Positions 10,345-19,325 of a stretch of 59,308 bases of DNA are shown here, piece after piece. The stretch spans positions 1 to 59,308 of the forward strand of contig JBBRDB010000001.1 of the NCBI GenBank assembly GCA_038204345.1. The letters run 5' to 3'. How positions within the stretch are numbered: the first letter of the stretch is position 1; every line of letters begins with the position of its first letter. The stretch comes from Thermoleophilia bacterium (GTDB lineage Bacteria; Actinomycetota; Thermoleophilia; RBG-16-64-13). The notes under the pieces were generated by a model, which saw only the letters and a list, made by a program, of their open reading frames with translations, searched no databases and had not been told where the DNA came from. Made by a program: the position numbers and the translations under genes.

Positions 10345-11067
10345 TCAGTGAGCGTGGTGGGCCAAGGTCTGCGAGATGGCCCGTTCCACCTCAGCGGCCG
10401 CGAACCCGTCCAGTGCCAGGCCGCCGATCTCGGACAAAGGATGATCGAGAAGGTCGTGCAAGGCAGCGAGGCCCTGGGAACTGATGCTGAAGCAGTCCTC
10501 ATGATGTTGGGGGTAGCACTCGCTGCACACCATGCCGCCGAGTGAGGGGCGAAAGCCACAGAGCATCTCCTCGCTCCCGCATTGCACGCACGAGTCGAGT
10601 TCGGGGAGATAGCCCAAAGCCACCAGGAGCTTGAGCCTCGTGGCCAAAACGGCGAGCGCGGCGGCGGGCCGGTCGTCGGCGGCGGCCAACCTGGCCACTC
10701 CGCGGACAAGCAGATTGAACGCCGCCGCGTTGCCTTCCTCCTCGGGGAACAGCCGGCGCACCGCTTCGAGCAGACGCCCCCCTTCCTCCATGCGCTCGAG
10801 CGATTCGCGCACGCGTTGGAAGCTCCGGACGGTCTCGACACCGGTGACGGTGTAGAGACTGCCGCTGCCCGCGTAGAGCACGACGTGCACCAGACTGAAG
10901 GGCTCCAAGCGGCCGCCGATGCGCGACTTGGTGCGACGCACGCCCTTGGCGACGGCCGAGAGCCGACCGCGTTCGCGCGTGTACAACGTGACTATCCGGT
11001 CGGCTTCGCGCAGACGGATGGAACTCATGACCAGGGCTTCGGTCTTAAGGTAGCGGTCGAGCCTCAC
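10345..11067 (-). CDS. recO: DNA repair protein RecO
   Basis: 240 aa. N-terminal OB-fold pattern (TEALVMSSIRLREADRIVTLYTRERGRLSAVAKG) and a C-terminal Cys motif CVQCG...CSEC. Confidence 0.9.
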   Translation of the reverse strand: MRLDRYLKTEALVMSSIRLREADRIVTLYTRERGRLSAVAKGVRRTKSRIGGRLEPFSLVHVVLYAGSGSLYTVTGVETVRSFQRVRESLERMEEGGRLLEAVRRLFPEEEGNAAAFNLLVRGVARLAAADDRPAAALAVLATRLKLLVALGYLPELDSCVQCGSEEMLCGFRPSLGGMVCSECYPQHHEDCFSISSQGLAALHDLLDHPLSEIGGLALDGFAAAEVERAISQTLAHHAH

Positions 11068-11112
11068 GTCACAGATCCCCTCCGGCCGCGCTCGGACACA
11101 GCGCGGAGCGCG

Positions 11113-11808
11113 CTACTCCCGCTCGTTGCCGAATGACTCGATGATCTCCACCGCGTGCGACGTGCCGATGCGGGCGGCTCCGGCGTTGACCATGGCTTCA
11201 GCGTCCTCGGCGGTGCGGATCCCCCCGGCGGCCTTCACGCCCACGTTCTCCGACAGCAGGTCGCGGAAGAGTTCCACGTCTTTGGCGGTCGCACCACCCG
11301 GGGCCTTGCCCGTAGAAGTCTTGATGAAGTCGGCCCCTGAATCCTCCACGATCTTGCAGACCAGACGCTTGAGCTTCTCGTCGAGGTAATAGGCCTCCAC
11401 GATCACCTTCACCAGCACGAGTCCGCGCCCGGCGTTCACGCTCTTCATCCGAACAGAGCGCACGAGACTCGAAAGTTCGTCTCTCACGTAACGGAAGTCG
11501 CCCGACAGCATGGCCGCGATGTTCATGACGACATCGAGTTCGTCGGCACCCACGGCCACCGCGTTCTCCGCCGCCAATATCTTGCCCCGCTGGGTGTCGG
11601 CGCCGTAGGGGAAGGAGATCACCGTGCCCACCTTGACGTCTTGGCCGCGGACGATCTTTTTTGCGAACGGTACGAAGTAAGGGAACACGCATACCGAGGC
11701 GAAATGGTGCTCGGCCGCGTCCCGGCACAGCTTCTCGACGTCCGCCTGCGTGGCGGTGGGTTCGAGCAAGGTGGTGTCGATGGTCTTTGCCAGTTCCTCT
11801 ACTCTCAA
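11113..11808 (-). CDS. deoC: deoxyribose-phosphate aldolase
   Basis: 231 aa. IDTTLL, ASVCV, Schiff-base region DFIKTSTG, VKAAGGIRT. TTG start with GAGGAGG 4-5 nt upstream. Confidence 0.9.
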   Translation of the reverse strand: MRVEELAKTIDTTLLEPTATQADVEKLCRDAAEHHFASVCVFPYFVPFAKKIVRGQDVKVGTVISFPYGADTQRGKILAAENAVAVGADELDVVMNIAAMLSGDFRYVRDELSSLVRSVRMKSVNAGRGLVLVKVIVEAYYLDEKLKRLVCKIVEDSGADFIKTSTGKAPGGATAKDVELFRDLLSENVGVKAAGGIRTAEDAEAMVNAGAARIGTSHAVEIIESFGNERE

Positions 11809-11998
11809 GGCTCCTCCTCATGGGCGGCCGTCGGGCCGCACGGCCCTACACGCTGGGCGTCTATGATACACCCGGGTTCAAGGGGCCAGCCTTGGCGATC
11901 CGGCAGGCCCCTGCGGCGTAGGCAGCGTGAACCTTCGCCCGCGCCCGCACAAACGGACCCGGCAGCCTTGCGGGGAGCGACGCGCGGCGAGCACCTGG

Positions 11999-12029
11999 GT
12001 CGGCCCCTGGCGCGCGGCCAGGGGCCGAC
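11999..12029 (-). terminator. stem-loop immediately downstream of era
   Basis: Perfect 12-bp inverted repeat GTCGGCCCCTGG / CCAGGGGCCGAC with a 7-nt loop, 17 nt after the era stop. No U tract. Confidence 0.5.
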
Positions 12030-12045
12030 CGGCGTCAAGACGCCC

Positions 12046-12975
12046 CTAGAGACCCAGGTCGTCCAACATGCGCGAACTCTTGCGCCAATGCTTCCTCACC
12101 TTGACCACCAGATCCAAGTAGACCCTCGACCCCAGCAACCACTCGATGTCGCGCCGGGCTTCTATGCCCACTTGTTTGATCACCGCGCCCCCCTTACCGA
12201 GCACGATGGGTCGCTGGCTCTCCCGTTCCACGTACACCGCCGCCCGGATGTAGAGCAGATCACTCTCCTCGCGCGGCTCCATCTCGAGCACCTGCACTGC
12301 GATCGAATGTGGGATCTCCTCCTCGGTGACAGCGATAAGCTTCTCCCGGATGAACTCGGCGACGAGTGTCTCCTCCGGCTGATCGGTGACGGCATCCGTG
12401 GGGAAGTAGCGCGGTCCCACCGGAAGGAGGCCCGCGATGTGCGCCACGAGCGAGTCGACCCCGCTGCCATCGAGGGCGCTCACCGGCAACACTACTGCCT
12501 CTGGAACGAGCGCTTCTGCTTCGCGCGCCAGGGCCTGCCTCCGCGGGCCGTCCACCAGGTCGACCTTGTTCAGCGCCACCACCACCGGAGCGGTCGCGCC
12601 GGACAACACCCGGCCGATGAACCGATCCCCCGCTCCCACCCGTTCGCCCGCATCCAACACGAACAGCACGGCATCCACCTCGGAGATGGTGGCGTCCACC
12701 AGTTCCTGCATGCGCCGCGTGAGCACGTCCATCGGCTTCTGAAAACCCGGCATGTCAACCAGGATCAACTGGTAGTCGGGCCTCGTCAGGACACCGGCGA
12801 TGCGGTGGCGTGTGGTCTGCGGTTTCTTGGCCGTGATGCTCACTTTCCTACCGAGGACCTTGTTCACCAGGGTGGACTTGCCCACGTTGGGGCGCCCCAC
12901 CAAGGCGACGAAACCCGAGCGAAAACCGGGGGGCGTGTCCAAGAAGCCATCGCGAGGCTCCGAGCCGCCGGTCAT
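12046..12975 (-). CDS. era: GTPase Era
   Basis: Trimmed to ATG 12975, which forms an ATGA overlap with the upstream GNAT stop. G1 GRPNVGKST, G3 DMPG, G4 NKVD, C-terminal KH domain (VERESQRPIVLGKGG). Confidence 0.92.
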   Translation of the reverse strand: MTGGSEPRDGFLDTPPGFRSGFVALVGRPNVGKSTLVNKVLGRKVSITAKKPQTTRHRIAGVLTRPDYQLILVDMPGFQKPMDVLTRRMQELVDATISEVDAVLFVLDAGERVGAGDRFIGRVLSGATAPVVVALNKVDLVDGPRRQALAREAEALVPEAVVLPVSALDGSGVDSLVAHIAGLLPVGPRYFPTDAVTDQPEETLVAEFIREKLIAVTEEEIPHSIAVQVLEMEPREESDLLYIRAAVYVERESQRPIVLGKGGAVIKQVGIEARRDIEWLLGSRVYLDLVVKVRKHWRKSSRMLDDLGL

Positions 12976-13460
12976 GAGCGCTTCTCCTCTGCCGTGAGGT
13001 CGTCGGCGGCGTCCCAACGCAGGACGAACCGGTCCTCGCCGGGTCCGTAGAAATCAGCCACTTCCTCCACAATCTTGAACCCGAAGCCCAAGTAGAGTTT
13101 GAGAGCGACAGTGCCACCCGGGTCAGCCGTCAGCATGAGCCCCGAACCGCCGTACCGCCGCACCTCTTCGCGCACCTCCCGCAACAGACGACGACCCAGA
13201 CCCTGCCCCTGGAAGTCCGGCCGCACGTAGAACCCCAACACCCAGAACATGCCCGGTTCGTCCATCATGCGCATGAGTTGGCACGAGGCGGCGATAGTGT
13301 CGCCTACCATACCCACGTAGAGAGCGCCCGCACGGGCCACCACGCCTAGATCGTAGCTGCGCAGCCCGGTCTCCCCGAAGGCCTCCCGGTCGTAAGCGGC
13401 GAGCTCCGCCAGTTCGTCCAGCGTCGGTCGCACCAGCCTGATCAACTCCAGCGGGGCCAT
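12972..13460 (-). CDS. GNAT-family N-acetyltransferase
   Basis: Trimmed to ATG 13460 (MAPLELIRL...). Acetyl-CoA motif VRPDFQGQGLGRRLL. Start overlaps the cdd stop (TGATG) and stop overlaps the era start (ATGA). Confidence 0.8.
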   Translation of the reverse strand: MAPLELIRLVRPTLDELAELAAYDREAFGETGLRSYDLGVVARAGALYVGMVGDTIAASCQLMRMMDEPGMFWVLGFYVRPDFQGQGLGRRLLREVREEVRRYGGSGLMLTADPGGTVALKLYLGFGFKIVEEVADFYGPGEDRFVLRWDAADDLTAEEKRS

Positions 13461-13876
13461 CAGCCCGGCCCCAGCGTGAAGGCCCCAGGCAAGAGTTCGC
13501 GTAGCTCCATAGCCCGCCACTCGCCGCCTTGACGGCACACGACCACGGTATCCTCGCCGAACTCCGCCAGGAACTGACGGCACATTCCGCACGGTGTGAG
13601 GTCGTCCGGGTCAGGATCGGGAGAGGCTACAGCTATGGCTACCAGTGCCGTTTCGCCGGCCGCTACGGCAGACCCGACGGCGTTACGTTCTGCACAGAGG
13701 CCCACCGGATAGCTGGCATTCTCGACGTTGCAGCCGGCGTACACTCGACCGGACGCGCCCAACACAGCAGCTCCCACGCGGAAGCCGGAGTAAGGCGCGT
13801 AGGCCCGGGCCGCGGCGGCACGGGCCGTCTCTATCAATGCGCGGTGTTTCTCGATGATCGGCTCCTTCAGAACCAA
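13460..13876 (-). CDS. cdd: cytidine deaminase
   Basis: Zinc motifs CAERNA and PCGMCRQ, plus YAPYSGFRVGAA. The upstream part of the track ORF is His/Gly/Arg junk overlapping dgkA. The only in-frame start near the family N-terminus is TTG 13876, a 10-nt overlap with the upstream gene. Confidence 0.82.
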   Translation of the reverse strand: MVLKEPIIEKHRALIETARAAAARAYAPYSGFRVGAAVLGASGRVYAGCNVENASYPVGLCAERNAVGSAVAAGETALVAIAVASPDPDPDDLTPCGMCRQFLAEFGEDTVVVCRQGGEWRAMELRELLPGAFTLGPG

Positions 13877-14631
13877 AGTTGAAAGACCATGGTGGTGACC
13901 AGGATACCCAGTATCGCGCCCATGACCACCTCGAGGGTGGTGTGGATGCCCGCTTCTACCCGCGTCTGGGCGGTGAGCGCGGCCATGACCAGGGCCACGG
14001 CGCTGGCCAGGATGCCATAACGCTCGCCACCGACGAGGTACGTCACCGCCGCCCAACCAGAGAAGGCCAAGGCGGCGTGGCCCGAGGGGAGCCCTCCGGA
14101 CAGGGGCAGGCCCCGCCCGAAGAGTGCCTTCAAGACGATCACGAGGAGCACGGTGACGAGAAGCGCGATGAAGGTGACGTGGGCGGGCGACCGGCGCACG
14201 TCGGACAGCACGCTGGTCGCGGGATCAGCGGCCTTGTCGGCGAACACGAAGTAGGCCACGATCAAGGAGTTGACGGCCGCCACCAAGACGGCCCCAGCGG
14301 CCACGTCTTTGGCGATCTTAGCCTTAGGGTCGAAGGAACTCGTGACCAGATCGACCACGGCCTCTATCGCAGTGTTCAACATCTCGGCCATGAACACAAG
14401 GGTGATGGCGAAGAGCACCGCCACAAGCTCCAAGCGGGTGAGATCGAAGAACAGGGCACCCAGTAGAACAACGAGGGCGATGGTCACGTGCACCCGGATG
14501 TTGCGCTGGCGCCGAAAGACGTACACCAGGCCCTGGAAGGCGTAGTTGAAGCTTTCGAGCAGGGTGGAGGGGCGACGGCCTTCCCGGACCACGACCTCTA
14601 CTCCGGCGGCAGGAGCGGTGAAGACTCCCAC
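13867..14631 (-). CDS. dgkA: DgkA-family lipid kinase fused to a PAP2 phosphatase domain
   Basis: The N-terminal ~135 aa is DgkA-like (FNYAFQGL, EMLNTAIEAVVD, KDVAAGAVL). The C-terminal ~115 aa carries PAP2 motifs PSGH and TRVEAGIHTTLE (SRx5Hx3D-like, with E in place of D). Confidence 0.85.
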   Translation of the reverse strand: MGVFTAPAAGVEVVVREGRRPSTLLESFNYAFQGLVYVFRRQRNIRVHVTIALVVLLGALFFDLTRLELVAVLFAITLVFMAEMLNTAIEAVVDLVTSSFDPKAKIAKDVAAGAVLVAAVNSLIVAYFVFADKAADPATSVLSDVRRSPAHVTFIALLVTVLLVIVLKALFGRGLPLSGGLPSGHAALAFSGWAAVTYLVGGERYGILASAVALVMAALTAQTRVEAGIHTTLEVVMGAILGILVTTMVFQLWF

Positions 14632-15083
14632 GCGTGATCGTCGAGTATCGCCGTCTCGCGCGCGCTCATCTCACCCTCATCGACCTCGTGGTCGTAGCCG
14701 AGCAGATGCAGCACCCCGTGGACCACCAATCTGCGCAGCTCCTCGGCTGTGGATACGCCGTCGTCTTGGGCGTTCCGACGGGCCACGTCGGGACACACGA
14801 GCACGTCGCCCAGGAAGGGGGGCCGATCCTGGAGGGGGTCCGCCTCCGGGTCGGGCCAATCCAGGTCATCCCCGGATTCGCCGGGGAACGAAAGCACGTC
14901 GGTGGCTTCGCCCACACCGCGATAGCGCTCGTTGAGTCCGGCCATGGGACCCTCGTCGATGAAGACGAGGGCGACCTCCCCGGATTCCAGCTTCTCCATC
15001 TCCAGAACGAGAAGCACCCCGCGCGCGGCGGCATCCTCGTCCAGAGGCAGATCGGTCTCGTTGACCACCTCGACCAGCAGCAT
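14598..15083 (-). CDS. ybeY: rRNA maturation endoribonuclease YbeY
   Basis: 161 aa with the zinc motif HGVLHLLGYDH. Confidence 0.92.
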   Translation of the reverse strand: MLLVEVVNETDLPLDEDAAARGVLLVLEMEKLESGEVALVFIDEGPMAGLNERYRGVGEATDVLSFPGESGDDLDWPDPEADPLQDRPPFLGDVLVCPDVARRNAQDDGVSTAEELRRLVVHGVLHLLGYDHEVDEGEMSARETAILDDHAWESSPLLPPE

Positions 15084-15129
15084 CAGAATGACTGACCGGT
15101 CACTCCGCCCCCGATCGACGCGTCCACGG

Positions 15130-17439
15130 TCATTTCTGTTCCGGCTCTGTGGGCGGAGGAGGACCGGCCGGCTTGGCCGTCACGGGCTGCAGCCGAGGCT
15201 GCGTTCGTCGCCCAGCCGCGGCTGCAGCGAGCTCGCCGCCGACGGCTGCGGGGAGATGACGCGCGGGCTTACCGTTCTCTCGCGGATACTCGATGCGATG
15301 ACCGGCGAGACCCCGGAGTCCGCTCTCGAACACCTCACGGATCTTCTCAAGGTCGCCGAAAGTGAGTGACGATTTCTCCAGCTGTCCGTCGTCCACCTTC
15401 TGTTTGAAGATCTCCCGGATCAGACCCTGCATCTTCTTGACACTGGGATCTTTCATCGCCTTGGCCGCCGCCTCCACGCTGTCGGCCAGCATGATGATGG
15501 CGGCCTCGGGGGAAGTGGGTTTCTCCTTGGTGTAGCGGTAGGTTTCCTCGGCCACGTCGCTGCCGGCGGTCTCCTTTGCCTTGTGGTAGAAGTAGGAGAG
15601 CACCGAGGTGCCGTGATGTTGGCGGATGATATCGATGATCGGCTTCGGCAGACCGTACCGCCGGGCCAGTTCTTCTCCATCTGTCACGTGGGCCGTGATG
15701 GCCAGCTTCGAGAGATTGGGGTTGAGCTTGTCGTGCGGGTTGCGCACGTGCAGCTGGTTCTCGATGAAGTACTCGGGGCGCAGCGTCTTACCGATGTCGT
15801 GGTAGTAGGCGCCCACGCGGGCCAGCAGTGGGTCGGCACCGATGGCCTCAGCTGCGGCCTCGGCGAGGTTGCCCATGAGGATGCTGTGGTTATACGTGCC
15901 CGGCGCCACCTGCATCAGCCGCCGCAGCAGCGGTTGCGAGGGATTGGCCAACTCGAGCAGCCTTAACGGGGTCGTCAGGTTGAACAACGGCTCATAGACC
16001 ATGAGAATGCTCACCGTGAGCACCATGCTGAGCGCTCCGTTGCCCAGACCCCAGAGGCTGGTGCGCAGAGCGTCGAGAATAGGCGCCTCGCGCAGCAGTT
16101 CCGCCGCGAACACAGCCGCACCCGCCACGGCGGCCACGAGAACACCGGCCAAAAGGAGTTCGCTCCGTTGGGCCAGGTGCGACACGGAATACAGGGAAAA
16201 GACCGCGGTAAGCAGCGCCACCAACACGAACCCGAAATCCATGCCGGTCATGAGGCCGATGTTGAGAGCCTGCATGGAGACGAGCAGCAGGGCAGTCCTA
16301 GGCTTCGTGATGATCGACGTAGTCATGGCGAGCGCCGCCAAGGGGACCAGGTAGGGCGACAGCGGCGCGACCACCGTGATACGCGCGAGCAGAGTGAAGA
16401 GCACGATCAACGTGGCCAGAGCCAACATGAGCGTGTTGTCCTTCAAGACGGGCCGGTTCGTACGGCTGAGCAGGCCGCTCAGCACCAGCAGCTGCAGCAC
16501 GACCACTATGAACGACCCCAGCCAGATCTCCCAACCGAGCGGCCTACCCACCAGGCCCAGCGCGCTAAGGGCCAGCATGGTCTGTTCGGTGATGGTATCC
16601 CCGGGCTGGACTATGCGCTCGCCTTTCAGCACCGATATGGTGACCGGGGCGACCTCCTGCATGGCCTGATCTCTACGCGCCCGAGTGGCCTCCTCGTCGT
16701 ACACTTGGTTCGGGCGCAGGTAGGCCGCCGCGATCTCATACACCGCGGTGCGGTAGTCCTCAGGGCCGGAGACGGTCTCGGCCTGCCCGTGCAACTTCTG
16801 TCTGGCCGTCTCGAGGGCGGTCTGGATCACGCTGCCGGCATACAGGAAGCGCAGCACGTTGGACACGTCGGCCCGCAGGCGCAGCAACGTCTCTTGGGAG
16901 GCCCCTACCACCAATACCAGCGTGTCGTCAGAGACGGTGGATGGCACCTCCTGCCGCAGCCGCGCCCTGGCCAGCCCCAGGTTGACACGCGGTTCGGTGG
17001 ACGCTGTGACCCCACCTGGACCTGCGGAGCCCGTGCCGGTGCTCGTCTCCGAGGTCGCGGGAAGGGTGGTCGAAGGTGTGAGTGACTGTTTCACGGCCTG
17101 CACCCGCTCGAAGAAGCCGTTGACATCGCCCACCACGGTCGAAAGAGCCGTGGGGTTGACACTGTAGGCAGGCTGCACCAGCGACGCCACCTGTTTGCGC
17201 AACTCCTCGGTGGCTTCCCGATTCTCGAAGATCACAGTGCGAGTTGCGACCACCTCCTCTTGCGCCACGTCACCCACTTGGAAGTGGTGCCGGGAGGGCA
17301 GGTAGTTCGAGGCGATGACGAGTGTGAGCACTACAGCCAGGAACACGGTGAGCCCCAGCCCGAAGCGGCGGCCGTCGCGGGAATCTATTCGATCCCGCAC
17401 TCCTGCGAGCCGTTGGTTGATCGTTTGACGGGTGCTCAT
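15130..17439 (-). CDS. pgpH: 7TM-receptor HD-domain phosphodiesterase (PgpH/YqfF-type)
   Basis: 769 aa. N-terminal TM plus extracellular domain, a 7-TM block, and an HD domain (YYHDIGK, HHG). Sits in the position between phoH and ybeY conserved in Bacillota. Pro/Ala-rich C-terminal tail. Confidence 0.9.
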   Translation of the reverse strand: MSTRQTINQRLAGVRDRIDSRDGRRFGLGLTVFLAVVLTLVIASNYLPSRHHFQVGDVAQEEVVATRTVIFENREATEELRKQVASLVQPAYSVNPTALSTVVGDVNGFFERVQAVKQSLTPSTTLPATSETSTGTGSAGPGGVTASTEPRVNLGLARARLRQEVPSTVSDDTLVLVVGASQETLLRLRADVSNVLRFLYAGSVIQTALETARQKLHGQAETVSGPEDYRTAVYEIAAAYLRPNQVYDEEATRARRDQAMQEVAPVTISVLKGERIVQPGDTITEQTMLALSALGLVGRPLGWEIWLGSFIVVVLQLLVLSGLLSRTNRPVLKDNTLMLALATLIVLFTLLARITVVAPLSPYLVPLAALAMTTSIITKPRTALLLVSMQALNIGLMTGMDFGFVLVALLTAVFSLYSVSHLAQRSELLLAGVLVAAVAGAAVFAAELLREAPILDALRTSLWGLGNGALSMVLTVSILMVYEPLFNLTTPLRLLELANPSQPLLRRLMQVAPGTYNHSILMGNLAEAAAEAIGADPLLARVGAYYHDIGKTLRPEYFIENQLHVRNPHDKLNPNLSKLAITAHVTDGEELARRYGLPKPIIDIIRQHHGTSVLSYFYHKAKETAGSDVAEETYRYTKEKPTSPEAAIIMLADSVEAAAKAMKDPSVKKMQGLIREIFKQKVDDGQLEKSSLTFGDLEKIREVFESGLRGLAGHRIEYPRENGKPARHLPAAVGGELAAAAAGRRTQPRLQPVTAKPAGPPPPTEPEQK

Positions 17440-17493
17440 GAATGAATCACAGGTGACAGACTCTCGATCCGACCGGGGGTGGGACGACGGATG

Positions 17494-18471
17494 CTAGGAA
17501 GTCAGACGACGGCCGGCGGTCTCGCCCGGGGCTCGGCCCTCGTCTCCGCGCTTCTTCTCTACATAGGTTTTGTACGCGTTCACGATGTCCTGCACCAGCT
17601 TGTGCCTCACGACATCCTGGCCGTCGAAGGTGACGAAGGCTATATCGCGGATATCGCCCAGGATATCCCCCACGGTGGCCAAGCCCGAGTACTGCTCCTT
17701 CGGCAGGTCGATCTGGGTGACGTCTCCGGTCACCACCATCCGCGAGCCGAACCCCAGACGTGTGAGGAACATCTGCATCTGTTGGGGAGTCGTGTTCTGA
17801 GCCTCGTCGAGGATGATGAAGGCGTCGTTGAGGGTGCGACCCCGCATGTAGGCCAGGGGGGCCACCTCGATCGAGCCCCGATCGAGGTGGCCGGCAAGGG
17901 CATCAAGATCCATCATGTCGTAGAGGGCGTCGAACAGAGGGCGCAGGTACGGGTCCACTTTGTCCATGAGGCCGCCGGGGAGGAACCCCAGTTTCTCTCC
18001 GGCTTCCACCGCCGGTCTCGTGAGGATGATGCGGGCGACGTCTCCCGACAGCAACGAAGCCACGGCGGCAGCCATGGCGAGGTAGGTCTTGCCCGTGCCG
18101 GCCGGCCCTATGCCGAACGTGACCGTGGTGGTGCGGAGCGCATCGACGTAGGCTTTCTGATTGAGCGTCTTCGGCGCGATTCGCCGGCCGCGGTGTTCGA
18201 GGATCACGTCACCTACGATGGCGCCCAGCCTGTTCGCGCCCCCGTTACCGCGCAAGCCCAGCGACGCCGCCAGTTCAAGCGTGGCTCGGTCGAGAGGGTG
18301 GCCCGAATCCACCAAGGCGAGAAGCTCGAGGATGAGTTCCGAGACCCGTTCCACCTCGGCTTTGGATCCTTCGATGGTGAGCTGGTTGCCCCTCAGCGAG
18401 AGATCGCAATCGACCAGGTGCTCGAGTCTGCGGAGGTTCGCATCGTGCTCGCCCACGAGCAGCACGGCCAT
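17494..18471 (-). CDS. phoH: PhoH-family ATPase
   Basis: Walker A GPAGTGKTYLA, Walker B FIILDEAQN, VVTGDVTQIDLP. Confidence 0.92.
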   Translation of the reverse strand: MAVLLVGEHDANLRRLEHLVDCDLSLRGNQLTIEGSKAEVERVSELILELLALVDSGHPLDRATLELAASLGLRGNGGANRLGAIVGDVILEHRGRRIAPKTLNQKAYVDALRTTTVTFGIGPAGTGKTYLAMAAAVASLLSGDVARIILTRPAVEAGEKLGFLPGGLMDKVDPYLRPLFDALYDMMDLDALAGHLDRGSIEVAPLAYMRGRTLNDAFIILDEAQNTTPQQMQMFLTRLGFGSRMVVTGDVTQIDLPKEQYSGLATVGDILGDIRDIAFVTFDGQDVVRHKLVQDIVNAYKTYVEKKRGDEGRAPGETAGRRLTS

Positions 18472-18526
18472 GTCGTTGTCCAGATCGAGGATCTTCTTGG
18501 TTACGCCGTTACTCGGATGCCTGTCG

Positions 18527-18975
18527 TCAGCCAGAGAGCCGCTCCTTGACGAGCCGCGACGCGGCCGCGCCGTCGACCTGAGACCCCGCGTGTTGCATGA
18601 GGCGGCTCATCACCGCACCCATGTCTTTGAGAGATGCCGCGCCCGACTCCGCGATGCAACGATCCACCAGTTCGGTGAGTTCCCCCTTGTCCAACTGCCG
18701 GGGGAGCAGCTCCTCGACGAGGCCCACGGCGAACTCCTCCTCGGCCACTAGATCGCCGCGATCTCCGGCCTTGAAGGCCTCGATCGATTCCAGCCGACGC
18801 TTGCGCTCCTTGTTGAGCACTTTCAGCTCTTCATCGGCGTCGAGGTCTCTACCCGAGTCCTTGGCGGCCCGTTGGAGTTCGGAGACAAGCATGCGCAGGA
18901 CCCGGACCTCTTGTTTACGCCCGGCCTTCAAGCTCTCGTTCATCCGCGTGTGCAGGGATTCGAGGATGCTCAAAC
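18527..18975 (-). CDS. yqeY: GatB/YqeY-domain protein
   Basis: Trimmed to TTG 18975, which overlaps the HIT stop (TTTGA). The product (M)SILESLHTRMNESLKAGRKQEVRVLRMLVSELQ... is 149 aa and fits the YqeY pattern. The upstream part of the track ORF is Arg-rich and overlaps the HIT gene. Confidence 0.78.
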
Positions 18976-19311
18976 GAGATCGCCGAGCCTCTCGCCGCCC
19001 AAGACGTGGAAATGAAAGTGGTCGATCTCCTGGCCGCCGTCGGCCCCCACATTGGTGATCACCCGGTACCCGGATTCGCGGATACCGAGCGCACCGGCCA
19101 CGCGTGCCGTGAACGTCAGAAGACGCTGCCCGCGGCCGTCGGTCCACCCATCGACCTCGTTGAGAGAGGGCACGTGTTCGCGCGGCATGACGAGGGCGTG
19201 CTGGGCGGCCTTGGGAGCAATGTCCCGGATCGCGAAGAACTCCTCGTCTTCCAGGACCACGTCACCAGGTATCTCACCGCGTATGATTTTGCAGAAGATG
19301 CAGTCTGTCAT
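18970..19311 (-). CDS. HIT-family (histidine triad) nucleotide hydrolase
   Basis: 113 aa. CIFCKI at the N-terminus and the histidine triad HFHFHVLGG. Confidence 0.9.
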   Translation of the reverse strand: MTDCIFCKIIRGEIPGDVVLEDEEFFAIRDIAPKAAQHALVMPREHVPSLNEVDGWTDGRGQRLLTFTARVAGALGIRESGYRVITNVGADGGQEIDHFHFHVLGGERLGDLV

Positions 19312-19319
19312 GACCCGTT

Positions 19320-19325
19320 ATTATA
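19320..19325 (-). promoter_or_regulatory. -10 element (TATAAT) placed for a leaderless HIT-gene transcript
   Basis: Minus strand: GGTAGTATAATAACGGGTCATG. A perfect TATAAT sits 8 nt before ATG 19311, just after the rsmE stop. There is no SD and no good -35. Confidence 0.35.

Noticed and set aside
11809-11998. The ~190-nt spacer upstream of deoC (with track ORF 11805..12038) considered as a small gene or riboswitch.
   Set aside because: The ORF translation is Arg/Pro/Gly junk. I could not recognise any known riboswitch core or a properly spaced promoter (TTGAAC and TATCAT are only 7 nt apart). Only the era-proximal hairpin is reported.
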